64,000 nt of DNA from a plasmid. The stretch lies in sequence record NZ_CP041047.1; one strand, written 5' to 3'. Below the pieces are notes generated by a model. That model did not search any database. It was not told where the DNA came from and saw only the letters and a list, made by a program, of their open reading frames with translations. Positions 1 to 10,495 of this stretch are shown here, one piece after another. The stretch's first letter is position 1, and every line of letters begins with the position of its first letter. A program made the translations under genes and the position numbers.

Positions 1-30
1 ATTAGGCTTAGTAAAAAGCCGGAGGTAGAT

Positions 31-354
31 ATGCCTAAAGACGATGTTGCAACAATCATAATCCAGAATGGGTTGACGCATAAAGTAAATGTGATCTGCA
101 AATTCAGCGCACAAATCGACAATCAAATGTTCTCATTCATCATCCATCGCACATTAAGCGTATGTCGATATGCGCTTGTCTGTAAGGTAACAGGCCAAAG
201 AATTGCAGTTCTTGATACCAGTCGAGTAAAGGCACTTGGTATGGAAGCAGCAGGTAAACTAGCGCTATCAGATCTGGCCTCATCATTAGGCGAGACTAGA
301 CTTGCTGCGATTCTGACAAATTCACTTCAGAGCAGGAGCGCGGCAAGTGAGTGA
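31..354 (+). CDS. hypothetical protein (8-nt overlap with downstream PP-loop gene)
   Basis: 107-aa ORF co-oriented and overlapping next gene; no motif recognised. Confidence 0.3.
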   Translation: MPKDDVATIIIQNGLTHKVNVICKFSAQIDNQMFSFIIHRTLSVCRYALVCKVTGQRIAVLDTSRVKALGMEAAGKLALSDLASSLGETRLAAILTNSLQSRSAASE

Positions 355-1417
355 TTTAATCGACGATAACTTTATTATTCCTGCACTGAGTAGCATAGCA
401 GGCATCACCACGCCACTATCAGGACAAACGTACAGGAACGCTCCAGATATCGACATATCTTGCTATGACGTGATAATCATTTGCCTTAGCGGCGGAAAAG
501 ACTCCATAGCCTGCCTTCTCCACTTAATTGACATCGGGGTCGATCTGTCCAGGGTGGAACTCTGGCATCACGATGTTGATGGCCGCGAGGGAAGTACTTT
601 AATGGACTGGCCATTTATGGCCGACTACAACCGCAAAATAGCTTCAACATTTCAGATACCGTTGATGTTCTCCTGGCTTCAGGGAGGAATGGAAGGTGAG
701 ATGCTGAAAGAGAATGGCTACAGTCGCCCGCAATGTATCGAAACCCCAGATGGATTAATAATCGCGGAACGTGATATCCAGCGAAGCACTCCCGCCACGC
801 GACTTCGGTTCCCTCAGCAATCACCAAGCCTTAAAACACGTTGGTGCTCATCAGCACTAAAAATTGATGTTGGTCGGCGAGCACTCACAAATCAGAGACG
901 CTTTGACGGAAAAAAGGTGCTTTTTATTACGGGGGAAAGGAGAGCGGAAAGCTCTAATAGATTCAATTACTTACAACTGGAGCCACATACCAGCAGTTGC
1001 AAAAAAAGACAAGTTGATGCCTGGAGGCCAGTACTTGAATGGTCTGAAGAACAAGTCTGGGAGATTTTAGCAAAACATCGTGTTACAGCCCCAGTACCGT
1101 ATCGTCTTGGATGGGGTCGCAGTTCATGCTTAACGTGTATATACAACAGTGCTCGCATATGGGCAACCATCAAACATTATTTCCCCGAGCGTATTCACGC
1201 AATGGCCAACTATGAAAACCGCTTTGGGGTCACTATCAGTCGTAAACGAATAAATGTTCTGGATCTAAGCCAGAATATTTCTCCTATTAATATCACGGAT
1301 GAGGAAGCGCTGCTGCAAGCGGTAAATCCGGTCTATACATTGCCCGTCATTAACATGTCAAAAGAATGGGTGCTACCTGGTGGGGCGTACAACCGGGAGA
1401 AATGCGGGTCAGACTAA
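347..1417 (+). CDS. PAPS-reductase-like PP-loop ATPase family protein
   Basis: N-terminal PP-loop motif SGGKDS (ICLSGGKDSIAC); 356 aa. Confidence 0.6.
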   Translation: MSDLIDDNFIIPALSSIAGITTPLSGQTYRNAPDIDISCYDVIIICLSGGKDSIACLLHLIDIGVDLSRVELWHHDVDGREGSTLMDWPFMADYNRKIASTFQIPLMFSWLQGGMEGEMLKENGYSRPQCIETPDGLIIAERDIQRSTPATRLRFPQQSPSLKTRWCSSALKIDVGRRALTNQRRFDGKKVLFITGERRAESSNRFNYLQLEPHTSSCKKRQVDAWRPVLEWSEEQVWEILAKHRVTAPVPYRLGWGRSSCLTCIYNSARIWATIKHYFPERIHAMANYENRFGVTISRKRINVLDLSQNISPINITDEEALLQAVNPVYTLPVINMSKEWVLPGGAYNREKCGSD

Positions 1418-1526
1418 TTAGCCATCAGCGATTTATAGCTGAGATTTCGTCACCTGAATATTACGTGGAAAATAGATATCAAATAGCAACATTGATACAG
1501 GCTTAACCGCCTCTGAAGGAAATATT

Positions 1527-1844
1527 ATGACGATGGTAACGGCCAGAAATTGTACTGAAACACGGTTCAACCAGTTATGGGATGCTCTGCATGAAAAAAG
1601 CAGTGCGGAAAACGAATCCTTGTTTCAGCAAGAATTGCATCGCTGCCGCAGTAAACGTCAGCGAAGTAAACTGGCCGGGCGATTCGCCGGTGCCTGGCAA
1701 ACCTTATTCGATGCCTTCTGTGAAGGTCGGGTCTTCTGCTCACTTCTGGACTCGGTTATCCACCAGGAGAGTATCAGCGAATGGCAGGTTGAAGAGTTAA
1801 TCTCATTCACTTCTGCCCAGATGTCGACTCTATACAAAGGGTAG
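1527..1844 (+). CDS. hypothetical protein
   Basis: 105-aa ORF in unidirectional block. Confidence 0.3.
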   Translation: MTMVTARNCTETRFNQLWDALHEKSSAENESLFQQELHRCRSKRQRSKLAGRFAGAWQTLFDAFCEGRVFCSLLDSVIHQESISEWQVEELISFTSAQMSTLYKG

Positions 1845-1852
1845 AGGTAGAT

Positions 1853-2188
1853 ATGGGACAAAGAAAATGTGCAGCAGCGTTCCTGCTCGCTGAAGAAATG
1901 TACCAGATACCAGCGACCAAATCGGTGATACTTGCCCGGGACCTGGAAGAAAGAGGGTTGTATCTCCGCGCTGCCAGGCAATGGGGAGAGGTCATGTTTG
2001 AACATACCCAGTGTACTGAGTACATTGTTGAACAACGGGAACGTTGCATTCGGTTATCCAATTCTCGCCATGAAGACCGTATCAGACAGCATGAGCAGGC
2101 AAGTGATCTTCAATATATTCACAAGCATATTAATGATGTATACACACGGATGGGACTAAAAGACGATGGTGTCTTTAATACCGCCTGA
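1853..2188 (+). CDS. hypothetical protein
   Basis: 111-aa ORF with RBS-like GAGG upstream; directly follows previous ORF. Confidence 0.3.
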   Translation: MGQRKCAAAFLLAEEMYQIPATKSVILARDLEERGLYLRAARQWGEVMFEHTQCTEYIVEQRERCIRLSNSRHEDRIRQHEQASDLQYIHKHINDVYTRMGLKDDGVFNTA

Positions 2189-2571
2189 TTTGTCGACCTT
2201 TTCCGTTCATTAAAAAATGAAACTGAGGAGAATGAGCGCACTCTTGACTGATTTTGACGGAGGATTACGTAAGTGGTTAAACAAAGTTTATTTGACCTTA
2301 TAGGAGCTACCACGGGCCCAGAGCGAGATCTGTTGATCGTAAGCCTTCAGTCTCTACATCGTGAACGAGTAAGCTCATACAATGCATTGTGTACAGCCTG
2401 CTCAATCTCTGGAGATAAAGTCCCGCCAATGTCTTTATTCGGCATAGACGAGGTTACTGATGCACTACGCCGGTTAGGTGCATTACCGATCAGATAGTTC
2501 TTCAAGTAGTCAGGGTGAACAGGTTTGAATTGATACAAACGGCCTATGCTGAAGAGGAACAGAGATAACTG

Positions 2572-3033
2572 ATGAAAACAAACGAAAACCTGCTGAACAG
2601 CATTGGAAAAAGTATTCGAATGTGGCGAGATAACTGCTTCCCTCCATTTCAGCGAGCGTATGGAACATGGTTATTGGTTCTGGTTTCGGTTAATGCCGGG
2701 ATATGGTTTTACATAACCTCTGACTGGTCTGTACAGTTCGTCGGCAATATAGCAGGGCTCTTGGTTTTCCCAATGCTGGGTCGAAAGGTTTTTACAAAAC
2801 GCGCCAGATCTTGGCAAGAAGAACTGGATATTAAGCTGGCAAAATACAAACCGCATAACATAGCTGCATGGAGGGAGTTGCAGGCTTATGCCTTGGAATC
2901 CAATACGCTATCTTCACAAATTGTTGAACGGTGGTATTTCAAAGAGCGGGAATTTATCAAGACGGCCCAAAAAGGGAAGCCGGGTAGTTCTGAACTCAAA
3001 TTTCTCAAGAATAATACTGGATCAAAGCCTTAA
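2572..3033 (+). CDS. hypothetical membrane protein
   Basis: 153 aa with two hydrophobic segments (WLLVLVSVNAGIWFYI / AGLLVFPML). Confidence 0.35.
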   Translation: MKTNENLLNSIGKSIRMWRDNCFPPFQRAYGTWLLVLVSVNAGIWFYITSDWSVQFVGNIAGLLVFPMLGRKVFTKRARSWQEELDIKLAKYKPHNIAAWRELQAYALESNTLSSQIVERWYFKEREFIKTAQKGKPGSSELKFLKNNTGSKP

Positions 3034-3114
3034 GGAATCTGAGAGCCGGTGCGTAATGCAGAACCCACAGCCGAAGGGTTTTGGGAGTTAAACTGATACA
3101 GCTTTTACCGTGAG

Positions 3115-3525
3115 GTGGGATTTATGTCGAATGTCTTGCAGAAAGAAAACATCATCATGTCTCTGCCTCATCGTGACTGGAGTTGTGAAGTCATCGAGTG
3201 CCGATTAAAAGTGTGCCCCGTACCTGACGAACTCGACAGGGGGAATAACATCTTTTTCATCGTGGAAGACCTTTACCAGCTACGCGAGAACAGTGAATCA
3301 CTTAACGTGCTTGGACAAATTCTGGCGAAACGTTTCCCACACATACCACCAAAAAGAATGCACCTTGTGCTGCACCGACGTGATGTGCAGAAAGCTCATG
3401 GAGTAGCCATCCACCTCTACCGCTTCATGCGTAGCGAGAAAGAAAATAACCGTAGTATTTTCATTGGTCGTAACCCTACTGAAGTTTCCCAGAAGACGGC
3501 ATACGCCTCGATGTGCATTTTCTGA
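3115..3525 (+). CDS. hypothetical protein
   Basis: 136-aa ORF. Confidence 0.3.
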   Translation: MGFMSNVLQKENIIMSLPHRDWSCEVIECRLKVCPVPDELDRGNNIFFIVEDLYQLRENSESLNVLGQILAKRFPHIPPKRMHLVLHRRDVQKAHGVAIHLYRFMRSEKENNRSIFIGRNPTEVSQKTAYASMCIF

Positions 3526-3724
3526 CCACCAGCTGTTGAATCGTCACAATAGCCGACATAGTCGGCTATTTTTTTACGCTAAGAAAAACCATTTATGCCC
3601 ACAAATTGCGGTTGAAAAAGCTATTTATTTTTGGGTGCAAAACGTCCTCATTCTCACTGTAACAATAAATTTCAACATGTGATTATAGTGAGAGTCGAAG
3701 CTGAAACATGAATGGTGGCTACAT

Positions 3725-4609
3725 ATGCATGATCTCCAGAATTCGTTAACTAGCAAAAATACCAACATTATCCGTGCTGAATTTGAAAATATGCTTTCTG
3801 CGCGTGGAACATCTATCGTGCGTTTTGATACCAACGCAGGGGCGAACAGCGGCGAGTATATAGGAAAAGGAATTCAACGTGAGTGGGTTGGGTATTTGCT
3901 AAACCATACGAGTTCTGGCCATACGGTCAAGGCATTTGAACCGGTGTATTCTATTCCTTTAAAAATCAGGCCAGACCTTCAATCCAGAAATATTGCAGAC
4001 CACCAGACTAAAGTAAAAAAGTTATTTGAAAGTTATGATGAAGCGTATCTTACAGCCGCTATAGACTCAGAAGAGTATTGCAAGCCATTCTGGGTTTATC
4101 AGAATGCAGATGACGGTCATTACTCGATCAGTACTCGCGGTTTCAAAAATGCAAATGCACCTGCAAGCATTCCGAGCGATAATCGCATTGATATCGCTCA
4201 GATGAAAATGGGATATCCCATGCTCGATTATTGCCATAACATTATACCGTCCTCAGTCGTGCGATTAGGATTTAATGGGCGAGTGTTTACGCAAGGTAAG
4301 TATTATTACACCAATGAAGAGGTTTTCAGTTGGTTGTCCCGGAACCCGGATAGCGCAGTTTTCATTACGTTCCCAAAAGTTAACCAGACTGATAGATCTG
4401 AATTGATGTCAATTATGAAACGAGAATTCCTGAATTCGTGGGGTTTATTCTCATATTATCGCTGGCTGGGACGCAGCACCGCATTACTGGCATTGAGCCC
4501 GGTCAGTTCTAATGCTTCTGTTAAGTTAAGAAGTAGCAATGCACACTTCTTCAAAAATGCAATGCTGGCTGTTAACACGATCATTCCTAAAGGTAACGGA
4601 ATTTCGTAA
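3725..4609 (+). CDS. hypothetical protein
   Basis: 294-aa ORF, no motif recognised. Confidence 0.4.
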   Translation: MHDLQNSLTSKNTNIIRAEFENMLSARGTSIVRFDTNAGANSGEYIGKGIQREWVGYLLNHTSSGHTVKAFEPVYSIPLKIRPDLQSRNIADHQTKVKKLFESYDEAYLTAAIDSEEYCKPFWVYQNADDGHYSISTRGFKNANAPASIPSDNRIDIAQMKMGYPMLDYCHNIIPSSVVRLGFNGRVFTQGKYYYTNEEVFSWLSRNPDSAVFITFPKVNQTDRSELMSIMKREFLNSWGLFSYYRWLGRSTALLALSPVSSNASVKLRSSNAHFFKNAMLAVNTIIPKGNGIS

Positions 4610-4658
4610 TCGGAATAGTTACCGTTAGAGTGATTTAAAGATCGATTCATTCTGGAAA

Positions 4659-5216
4659 TTGAACGAAGAAAATTTAATGGGAGTAACTATGACTGCACTA
4701 CGCCGTATCTCAACAGAACCAAGCTGGACTCCAGTTGGCATCCGGGGCGAAGGGTTACCGACTAAAGCAGGTGTATACCGTTTTATTGTTCCCCGGGAAG
4801 CCGATAGCTCAGAACATATTGAGTTTCTGGCGTTAGTGCGCTGGCGTAAACACGGTGTTCATCAACTGTTATTTCCCACCTTTGAATACATCGTATGCGA
4901 CGAGAATATCGTGCTCCCAGAAGGCACATGCTGGCGTGAACGCGAACCGTGGGATCCAGATACGCTGGGGGAAACCGAGTTCATCATCGTTCCTGAAATG
5001 AGCGCGGGTGCTCAACGCTGTCCGTTCTGCAAAGAAGTTCCGCGCATCGTTGGTGATAAATACAACTTTGAGTATAAGGAAAACTACATCACGAAAATGC
5101 CTCACCGGTTTAACCGCCTGTGGTTCAGCTGCTGTAAATGGGTTGCTCCTGTGCCCACTTCTGGGATTCAGTCACTGATTACGGCCTGGAACAAAATGCT
5201 CGGGTCATCCCGGTAG
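4659..5216 (+). CDS. hypothetical protein
   Basis: 185-aa ORF with Cys-rich C-terminus (CPFCKE...CCKW). Confidence 0.4.
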   Translation: MNEENLMGVTMTALRRISTEPSWTPVGIRGEGLPTKAGVYRFIVPREADSSEHIEFLALVRWRKHGVHQLLFPTFEYIVCDENIVLPEGTCWREREPWDPDTLGETEFIIVPEMSAGAQRCPFCKEVPRIVGDKYNFEYKENYITKMPHRFNRLWFSCCKWVAPVPTSGIQSLITAWNKMLGSSR

Positions 5217-5221
5217 GAGTA

Positions 5222-5527
5222 ATGATGAAATGTGCGTACCTACGAAAGTTTCTGATCATTGCTTTCATAACCGGCATTAGCGGATGCCAGAGTCTCGGAA
5301 TAGGGTTAAGCCTGGATGAGCGCTACCAGAAGGCTTATCAGAAAGTACTGGCTGACCCTAATGACGATAACATTAAGACTTTCATGAAACTCAGCCAGGA
5401 AAAAGGCGAAAGAGACATGCAAGAGGCAAATTCAAAAGCCGCAGCCGACACTCGTGAAAGCGATAAGGGGTTTACTGAGTATTTTAAATCATATGGCAAC
5501 GATGGATTTAAGCGGGCCAGACAATAA
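5222..5527 (+). CDS. putative lipoprotein
   Basis: start at ATGATG preceded by AGGAG; signal peptide plus lipobox ITGISGC. Confidence 0.4.
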   Translation: MMKCAYLRKFLIIAFITGISGCQSLGIGLSLDERYQKAYQKVLADPNDDNIKTFMKLSQEKGERDMQEANSKAAADTRESDKGFTEYFKSYGNDGFKRARQ

Positions 5528-5539
5528 GAAAGAGGTCAT

Positions 5540-5992
5540 ATGTCATTACAGCAATCGCATGAAAATCTGGAGTTCCTGAAGGGGGCGGTCTGGTGCGCCG
5601 CAAAACTCGTTCAGGAAATTGGCGATTCAAAAGGTGCAGCTATTCTTATCACAAACTTGCCGGTTGGAATTTTCCCTCAATGTAGCGAAAGGGATTTATT
5701 TGTTCTGAGGCAATATGTCAGGAAAGATCTGCCACTTGGTATTGATGCCGAATATAGCGATATCAGGCCGGTCTTAATTGATTATCTGGGAGAGCCAGTA
5801 GACCTTCCTGAGTGTGAACTGGATAATTATGAACCGGCTCCTGGTGAAATGCTCCGCTGGGGAGTAACTGGAGATCTCAGTTCCGGGACACGATGTGTGC
5901 TGGTGGATAATCTTGCTTATCTCGCTGAAGCAATTGGTATCAGCAACGCACTAAGGCAACAGGCCGCAGAGTCAATCCAGCGCACCCTGTGA
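5540..5992 (+). CDS. hypothetical protein
   Basis: 150-aa ORF. Confidence 0.35.
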   Translation: MSLQQSHENLEFLKGAVWCAAKLVQEIGDSKGAAILITNLPVGIFPQCSERDLFVLRQYVRKDLPLGIDAEYSDIRPVLIDYLGEPVDLPECELDNYEPAPGEMLRWGVTGDLSSGTRCVLVDNLAYLAEAIGISNALRQQAAESIQRTL

Positions 5993-6059
5993 TTAGTGAG
6001 TCGCCCCGAATTTCGTAAGCAGCATAAATGCCCTTAATCTTTATCCTACATATTTCAGG

Positions 6060-6605
6060 TTGTTGGGGTTTACCATGTACAAAGACCATTTTCCACAAGC
6101 GTGTCCTTCATCGATAAAAGAGGGCCAGTCATGCTGGCGGGTATTTATTGATATGGACGTAGACAACCCGTCGAAAATAAAAACCAGCGTCGAATTAATA
6201 GAAGTTGGCGTAAAAACAATTCGAATGAAAAAGAATGCGGCAGAAGGCAGTGAAAAAACTGTTTTTCTTGTGGATAAAATCCCTGGAATCACATTTATCA
6301 AAATTCGGCCTAGCGACAAAAAGCCAAGCGTCTGGAATACAAGCATCAGCAGTTTCTATAAACATGACGTGGAAATCGGGAAAACATTCCCCGTTGGTAT
6401 CAGAACGACTAAAAGCGCTGCGTTTCGTACAGCAACAAAAAAAGTTGAACAGAGTATGCAAGAATACACTGATACTATAGCTAAGCTTGAAAACGACTAT
6501 GTTAAGAATGAGACGGAGATTGCTGAGTACAAAAATGAACTCGCTGCTTACCAAACAATACTCCAAACCCTAAAACGTATGGCAAAAAGGCATCTCAAGC
6601 AATAA
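6060..6605 (+). CDS. hypothetical coiled-coil protein
   Basis: 181-aa ORF; C-terminal heptad-like segment. Confidence 0.35.
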   Translation: MLGFTMYKDHFPQACPSSIKEGQSCWRVFIDMDVDNPSKIKTSVELIEVGVKTIRMKKNAAEGSEKTVFLVDKIPGITFIKIRPSDKKPSVWNTSISSFYKHDVEIGKTFPVGIRTTKSAAFRTATKKVEQSMQEYTDTIAKLENDYVKNETEIAEYKNELAAYQTILQTLKRMAKRHLKQ

Positions 6606-6757
6606 TACATTTCGTCTCTTTTCAGGTAAACAAAATGGAAACACAATGTATTTTCATTGCAGGTTTCAAAAATTGTTTCACTCTGGGCCATACATGTTTA
6701 GTATGGGGACATAACAAAGAGAACGCTGGCGAGTACGCTGGCATAAAGATCACCTTT

Positions 6758-6781
6758 CCCGGCCTGGCCGGGATTTTTTTT
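6758..6781 (+). terminator. rho-independent terminator
   Basis: CCCGGCCTGGCCGGG hairpin followed by T9. Confidence 0.6.
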
Positions 6782-6927
6782 GTCTGATGTGCCGTCCTTC
6801 TCACCACAAACTTAATATCCTGACTATTTTTATGGATGTGCAGTGCAATTATTTAACGAATTACCATTCGTCACCAGACCGGACAGGCTGATAATAATGT
6901 CATCCGATACAGAGCTGGGGAGGGTGT

Positions 6928-7485
6928 ATGACTAATCGTGGCTATAGCAAAGTAATTATCGAAGGTACTGTAGGCCGTGAGCCTGAAATCCGACAACACC
7001 CTACCCACGGCATCTACGCAAAGATTTATGTAACAACATCTGAGTCCTCAATGGAGGATAAATCTGGTCTGGAGAAAATTACGGAAGAACACTATCAGAT
7101 CATTTTGCTTGGTCAATTTGCTGATGTGGCCCGCAATCATCTTCATGTCGGGACAGGAGTGTACCTGGAGGCCCAATTGCGTACCCGCCTAATCAAGGAG
7201 GATGGTAAAGAACGCTTCTTTATGGACGTACTTGTCAACCCCGTGAAGGGGCATGTTCTTCGCAAAGTCAATGTAGGCGGTAATAAACTGGTGAGTCGTC
7301 ACCTCCAGCAGAACCGTGGGCAGGATCACCGGCAGAATACCAGTTATAGCCGCAGGCCACAAAACACGAACGCGAGGCCAGCAACACCACGCAACTCGCC
7401 CCCAACAATGGAAAATTATTATTTGGGAAATCAGGATGAAGTTCCAGGAAGCACTGGTGCTTATGGAACTGAGATAGCCTTTTAA
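6928..7485 (+). CDS. ssb: single-stranded DNA-binding protein homolog
   Basis: OB-fold similarity to E. coli SSB (KVIIEGTVGREPE..., EAQLRTR); Gly/Pro/Asn-rich tail. Confidence 0.7.
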   Translation: MTNRGYSKVIIEGTVGREPEIRQHPTHGIYAKIYVTTSESSMEDKSGLEKITEEHYQIILLGQFADVARNHLHVGTGVYLEAQLRTRLIKEDGKERFFMDVLVNPVKGHVLRKVNVGGNKLVSRHLQQNRGQDHRQNTSYSRRPQNTNARPATPRNSPPTMENYYLGNQDEVPGSTGAYGTEIAF

Positions 7486-7540
7486 TGATTAGCAGCATAT
7501 CTGTTTTAATTTGTATCATAACTAATGGGGAATTATTGCC

Positions 7541-7894
7541 GTGAATGAATTCAATAACGCACTCCAGACGATACTGGAAAATGGGTCTATGTCATATGGC
7601 CAGGCTGCTATTTATGCCGGTGGTGCAATTTGCGTTGCGGCCCTTTTTTCGGCGATACTCAGAAGTGGACTACTGGTAATTTTGGGAATTGTCTCAGGCT
7701 TTTATCTGTTCAGTCTCAACACTCCAGACAGTACACTGGCGTATACTGCTGCTGCCTCAGACCGTCTCATCGAGCAGGTTAAAGCTGTCGGTGGATGCGC
7801 CACTAGACACATTGAGGATGCGCAAACTCTGGGTATCATCATAAAAAATGGCGATGTTATCGAGATAGCAAAGCAGTGCGGTATTATAAAATAA
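7541..7894 (+). CDS. small membrane protein
   Basis: 117 aa with two TM helices. Confidence 0.35.
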   Translation: MNEFNNALQTILENGSMSYGQAAIYAGGAICVAALFSAILRSGLLVILGIVSGFYLFSLNTPDSTLAYTAAASDRLIEQVKAVGGCATRHIEDAQTLGIIIKNGDVIEIAKQCGIIK

Positions 7895-7929
7895 TAACCG
7901 TAGCATATTATGATTGATGAATGCCTGAA

Positions 7930-7962
7930 TGGTAATCTGCTCGCGGATTACCATTATTTTTT
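7930..7962 (+). terminator. rho-independent terminator
   Basis: TGGTAATC...GATTACCA hairpin followed by TTATTTTTT. Confidence 0.55.
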
Positions 7963-8171
7963 GAGATGTCTTATAGAACTTATCTAAAATTACATACGAC
8001 TGTCATGACAGTATAAGGTCTTTATGAAAAACGTCGTCAAAACTTTACTACCCTCAGTGAACACTGGTGATCAAGACGAAAGCGTAAAATCGGATACGCT
8101 GACTGGCACTACTAAACCCTGCGACCACGGACTGGTTCATAATCATCTTTTAGGGCAGGAGGCCTGTTACT

Positions 8172-8852
8172 ATGCCAAACACTAACGACTCGCTGACAGG
8201 ACTCAACGTCGAGCTCGTTGGTGCATCGAAACAAGAGTTTACTCTCCTCACTGAAAACCATCTGATGCGCCGCATCATAGTGGCTTTATCTGAGTTAATG
8301 CGTAACGCGGAAGGCGTGATGATTGATTCTCATGTTTACCCGTGGGATCAAGTTCTCCCTGCTGCGATGGACATTCCATCATCCAACGCTTCTGATGAAG
8401 AGATACAGAACTGGATGATCAGTGCCTGTAAGGAGTGGCAGTGCGAATACAATCGCCGGGTTCAGTCGTTTACCGCATCAGAAGTAAAAAGCAAAAGCGA
8501 CACCGAGAACGATAACCTATTCCTGCTGAATATCACCAACCTAGCCCATATGCTGATTGACCGGTTACTGCCGTTTGTCAGTATCGAGGAGATTAATCAT
8601 GAGGATCCAGATTTACTCCCCCAAGTTATTGATATCGTGAATTATATGGTTGGTGTTATAAATGGTACAACCAGCACACAACAAGTCAGACAAGAATTGT
8701 TTACTGCCGGTGCTGATGACGCAGTATTTGCACTCAAACTAAAGCACAAAGAGCTAACCAGCCGGGGTGAAGATGCTGGATGGCTTGAAGAGGCAATGAA
8801 GATAATCGAAGAAAACAAACGCCAATCCATCGACTTTATGCAGCGCAGCTAA
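8172..8852 (+). CDS. hypothetical acidic protein
   Basis: 226-aa ORF preceded by GGAGG. Confidence 0.4.
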   Translation: MPNTNDSLTGLNVELVGASKQEFTLLTENHLMRRIIVALSELMRNAEGVMIDSHVYPWDQVLPAAMDIPSSNASDEEIQNWMISACKEWQCEYNRRVQSFTASEVKSKSDTENDNLFLLNITNLAHMLIDRLLPFVSIEEINHEDPDLLPQVIDIVNYMVGVINGTTSTQQVRQELFTAGADDAVFALKLKHKELTSRGEDAGWLEEAMKIIEENKRQSIDFMQRS

Positions 8853-8879
8853 TCGTTCCCATAATAAAAGGGTAATGCT

Positions 8880-9194
8880 ATGAGTAAACATCTGTACTGT
8901 ATTAAGGGTGTTTTAAAACCCAGGAAATTTTCTGTAAGTCTGATAAGAAATAAACTTAGCTCATTTGGTTTAAGGGGAAGTACTCTTCGTAGCGAAACCG
9001 CTCGCATTCTTGCCGGGCCAATAGATGGTATTAAGGGTACGTATCCCTTCGGCTGGTCAGAAGAACATTTTGACCGCAGGATGAAACGCATATTCATTCG
9101 CGCCGGTAATGCTTCCAGACTTTCTGATAATCGTCCATTTGCATTAAAACGACGCAGCGCTTTAACTATCAGTAAAAAGTATCTTTCTGTGTAA
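8880..9194 (+). CDS. hypothetical protein
   Basis: 104-aa basic ORF. Confidence 0.25.
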   Translation: MSKHLYCIKGVLKPRKFSVSLIRNKLSSFGLRGSTLRSETARILAGPIDGIKGTYPFGWSEEHFDRRMKRIFIRAGNASRLSDNRPFALKRRSALTISKKYLSV

Positions 9195-9211
9195 CCACCA
9201 GCAGACGAGTT

Positions 9212-9559
9212 TTACTCGTCTGCCTGGCCCCATGCCTCTAATCTTCGCACCCGAAATGAAGTTGCCTGGAGTTCTCCTGATGAAGTTAACTCAAATGAAA
9301 CTGTAAGATCGTTTTTGTTCCGGTACTTCCATACATAGCCATTTTGCTGCAATGTTTTGAGTGACTTACGTAGGTTGGGCTCAGCTACATCCTGGCTGTC
9401 TGGAACAGAGTTAATAAACCCCAGCAACCTGGTGAATGGCACTATCGCAGTGCCTTTTTCTTTGCACAAAAGAAGAAGTACCAACGCATCCTTCTGAATA
9501 CGGGAAAAGCGCTCCAGGCGATGTTCAGTACCATCTCCCTGCATATTGGCATTGTTCAT
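9212..9559 (-). CDS. putative winged-helix DNA-binding regulator (only clear minus-strand gene in block)
   Basis: 115 aa from ATG at 9559 with AGGT RBS; 9+3+9 palindrome overlaps its 5' region. Confidence 0.4.
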   Translation of the reverse strand: MNNANMQGDGTEHRLERFSRIQKDALVLLLLCKEKGTAIVPFTRLLGFINSVPDSQDVAEPNLRKSLKTLQQNGYVWKYRNKNDLTVSFELTSSGELQATSFRVRRLEAWGQADE

Positions 9560-9567
9560 AATCAACC

Positions 9568-9588
9568 TAATCATATGGGATATGATTA
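9568..9588. promoter_or_regulatory. palindromic operator-like site TAATCATAT-GGG-ATATGATTA
   Basis: perfect 9-bp inverted arms read directly, immediately upstream of the divergent regulator gene. Confidence 0.4.
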
Positions 9589-9692
9589 AGGTTAAAAAAC
9601 ACCCCCCGTTTTGTCACCCTTTTTTTTTCTTACTCACCACTTAAAGCAGTAAGCTCAGTTCGATAAATCTGAATTAAATAAGGCGAGGTTAT

Positions 9693-10106
9693 ATGAAAAC
9701 GAAATTATTGCTGGCGCTAATTGCGGGATCGACTTTCTGCATCAATATTGCTGAAGCCAATATTCCTCTTAGAGCAGATGGAAGTCCGGCAGCGGGGCAG
9801 ACACCAACTCAGTTCATTCAGCTTAAAAATGAATGTCCTGAATGCGTCATGGTCGCAACTGATGTAGTAAAGATGCGTAGCGATAGCTGTAAACAGCAGG
9901 CATCCATCGATTCTACAATCCTACAGGATCCTGTTTACGCATATCTCAACAGTATCCGTCTGGTAGTTGCCGGGAATGGTGGTTATGCAAGTCCAATCTA
10001 TACATCCGCCCGTCAGGTCGTAGCGTCAAACATCAATTGCAGTGATGCAAACGACTGGGTAGCGAGAAGTAAAACGGTAATGGATAACACCTTCAAAACG
10101 CCGTAA
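9693..10106 (+). CDS. secreted Cys-containing protein
   Basis: N-terminal signal peptide MKTKLLLALIAGSTFCINIAEA. Confidence 0.4.
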   Translation: MKTKLLLALIAGSTFCINIAEANIPLRADGSPAAGQTPTQFIQLKNECPECVMVATDVVKMRSDSCKQQASIDSTILQDPVYAYLNSIRLVVAGNGGYASPIYTSARQVVASNINCSDANDWVARSKTVMDNTFKTP

Positions 10107-10168
10107 ACAATCCCTGAATATTTCGTTGCAGTAATGCTATCCCGTAGTATGACGTTAAAGGCGGAGCT

Positions 10169-10495
10169 TTGAATCGGGAAAAAATAACTACTGCACTTAG
10201 AGGTATTTATATGGGTCGTCACTTTACTGGTCTGATTGATAGTTCGCAGCAAAATTTTACAATGCCAATCCGTCCGTATGGACGGAGCCGCATGGCTGCA
10301 AAATTAAAAGGAATCTCCCGATTGAAAAAATCTGAAAAGCATGACGATGAATATCCTGATGAACTCTGGAAATTTATGAGTCCTTCAGAGAAAGCTAAAT
10401 TTCTGGTCGCGGATGTATTTTCACGCAGTAGTAAAGACTCTTCCGCCATTCAACCGGGAGAACATAAGCAAAAGGAGCATGATAATGAGCACTGA
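10169..10495 (+). CDS. hypothetical protein
   Basis: 108-aa ORF. Confidence 0.3.
   Translation: MNREKITTALRGIYMGRHFTGLIDSSQQNFTMPIRPYGRSRMAAKLKGISRLKKSEKHDDEYPDELWKFMSPSEKAKFLVADVFSRSSKDSSAIQPGEHKQKEHDNEH

Noticed and set aside
615-1173. Small opposite-strand ORFs inside the PAPS-reductase-like gene (similar cases throughout)
   Set aside because: They lie entirely within a longer ORF with a recognisable motif.
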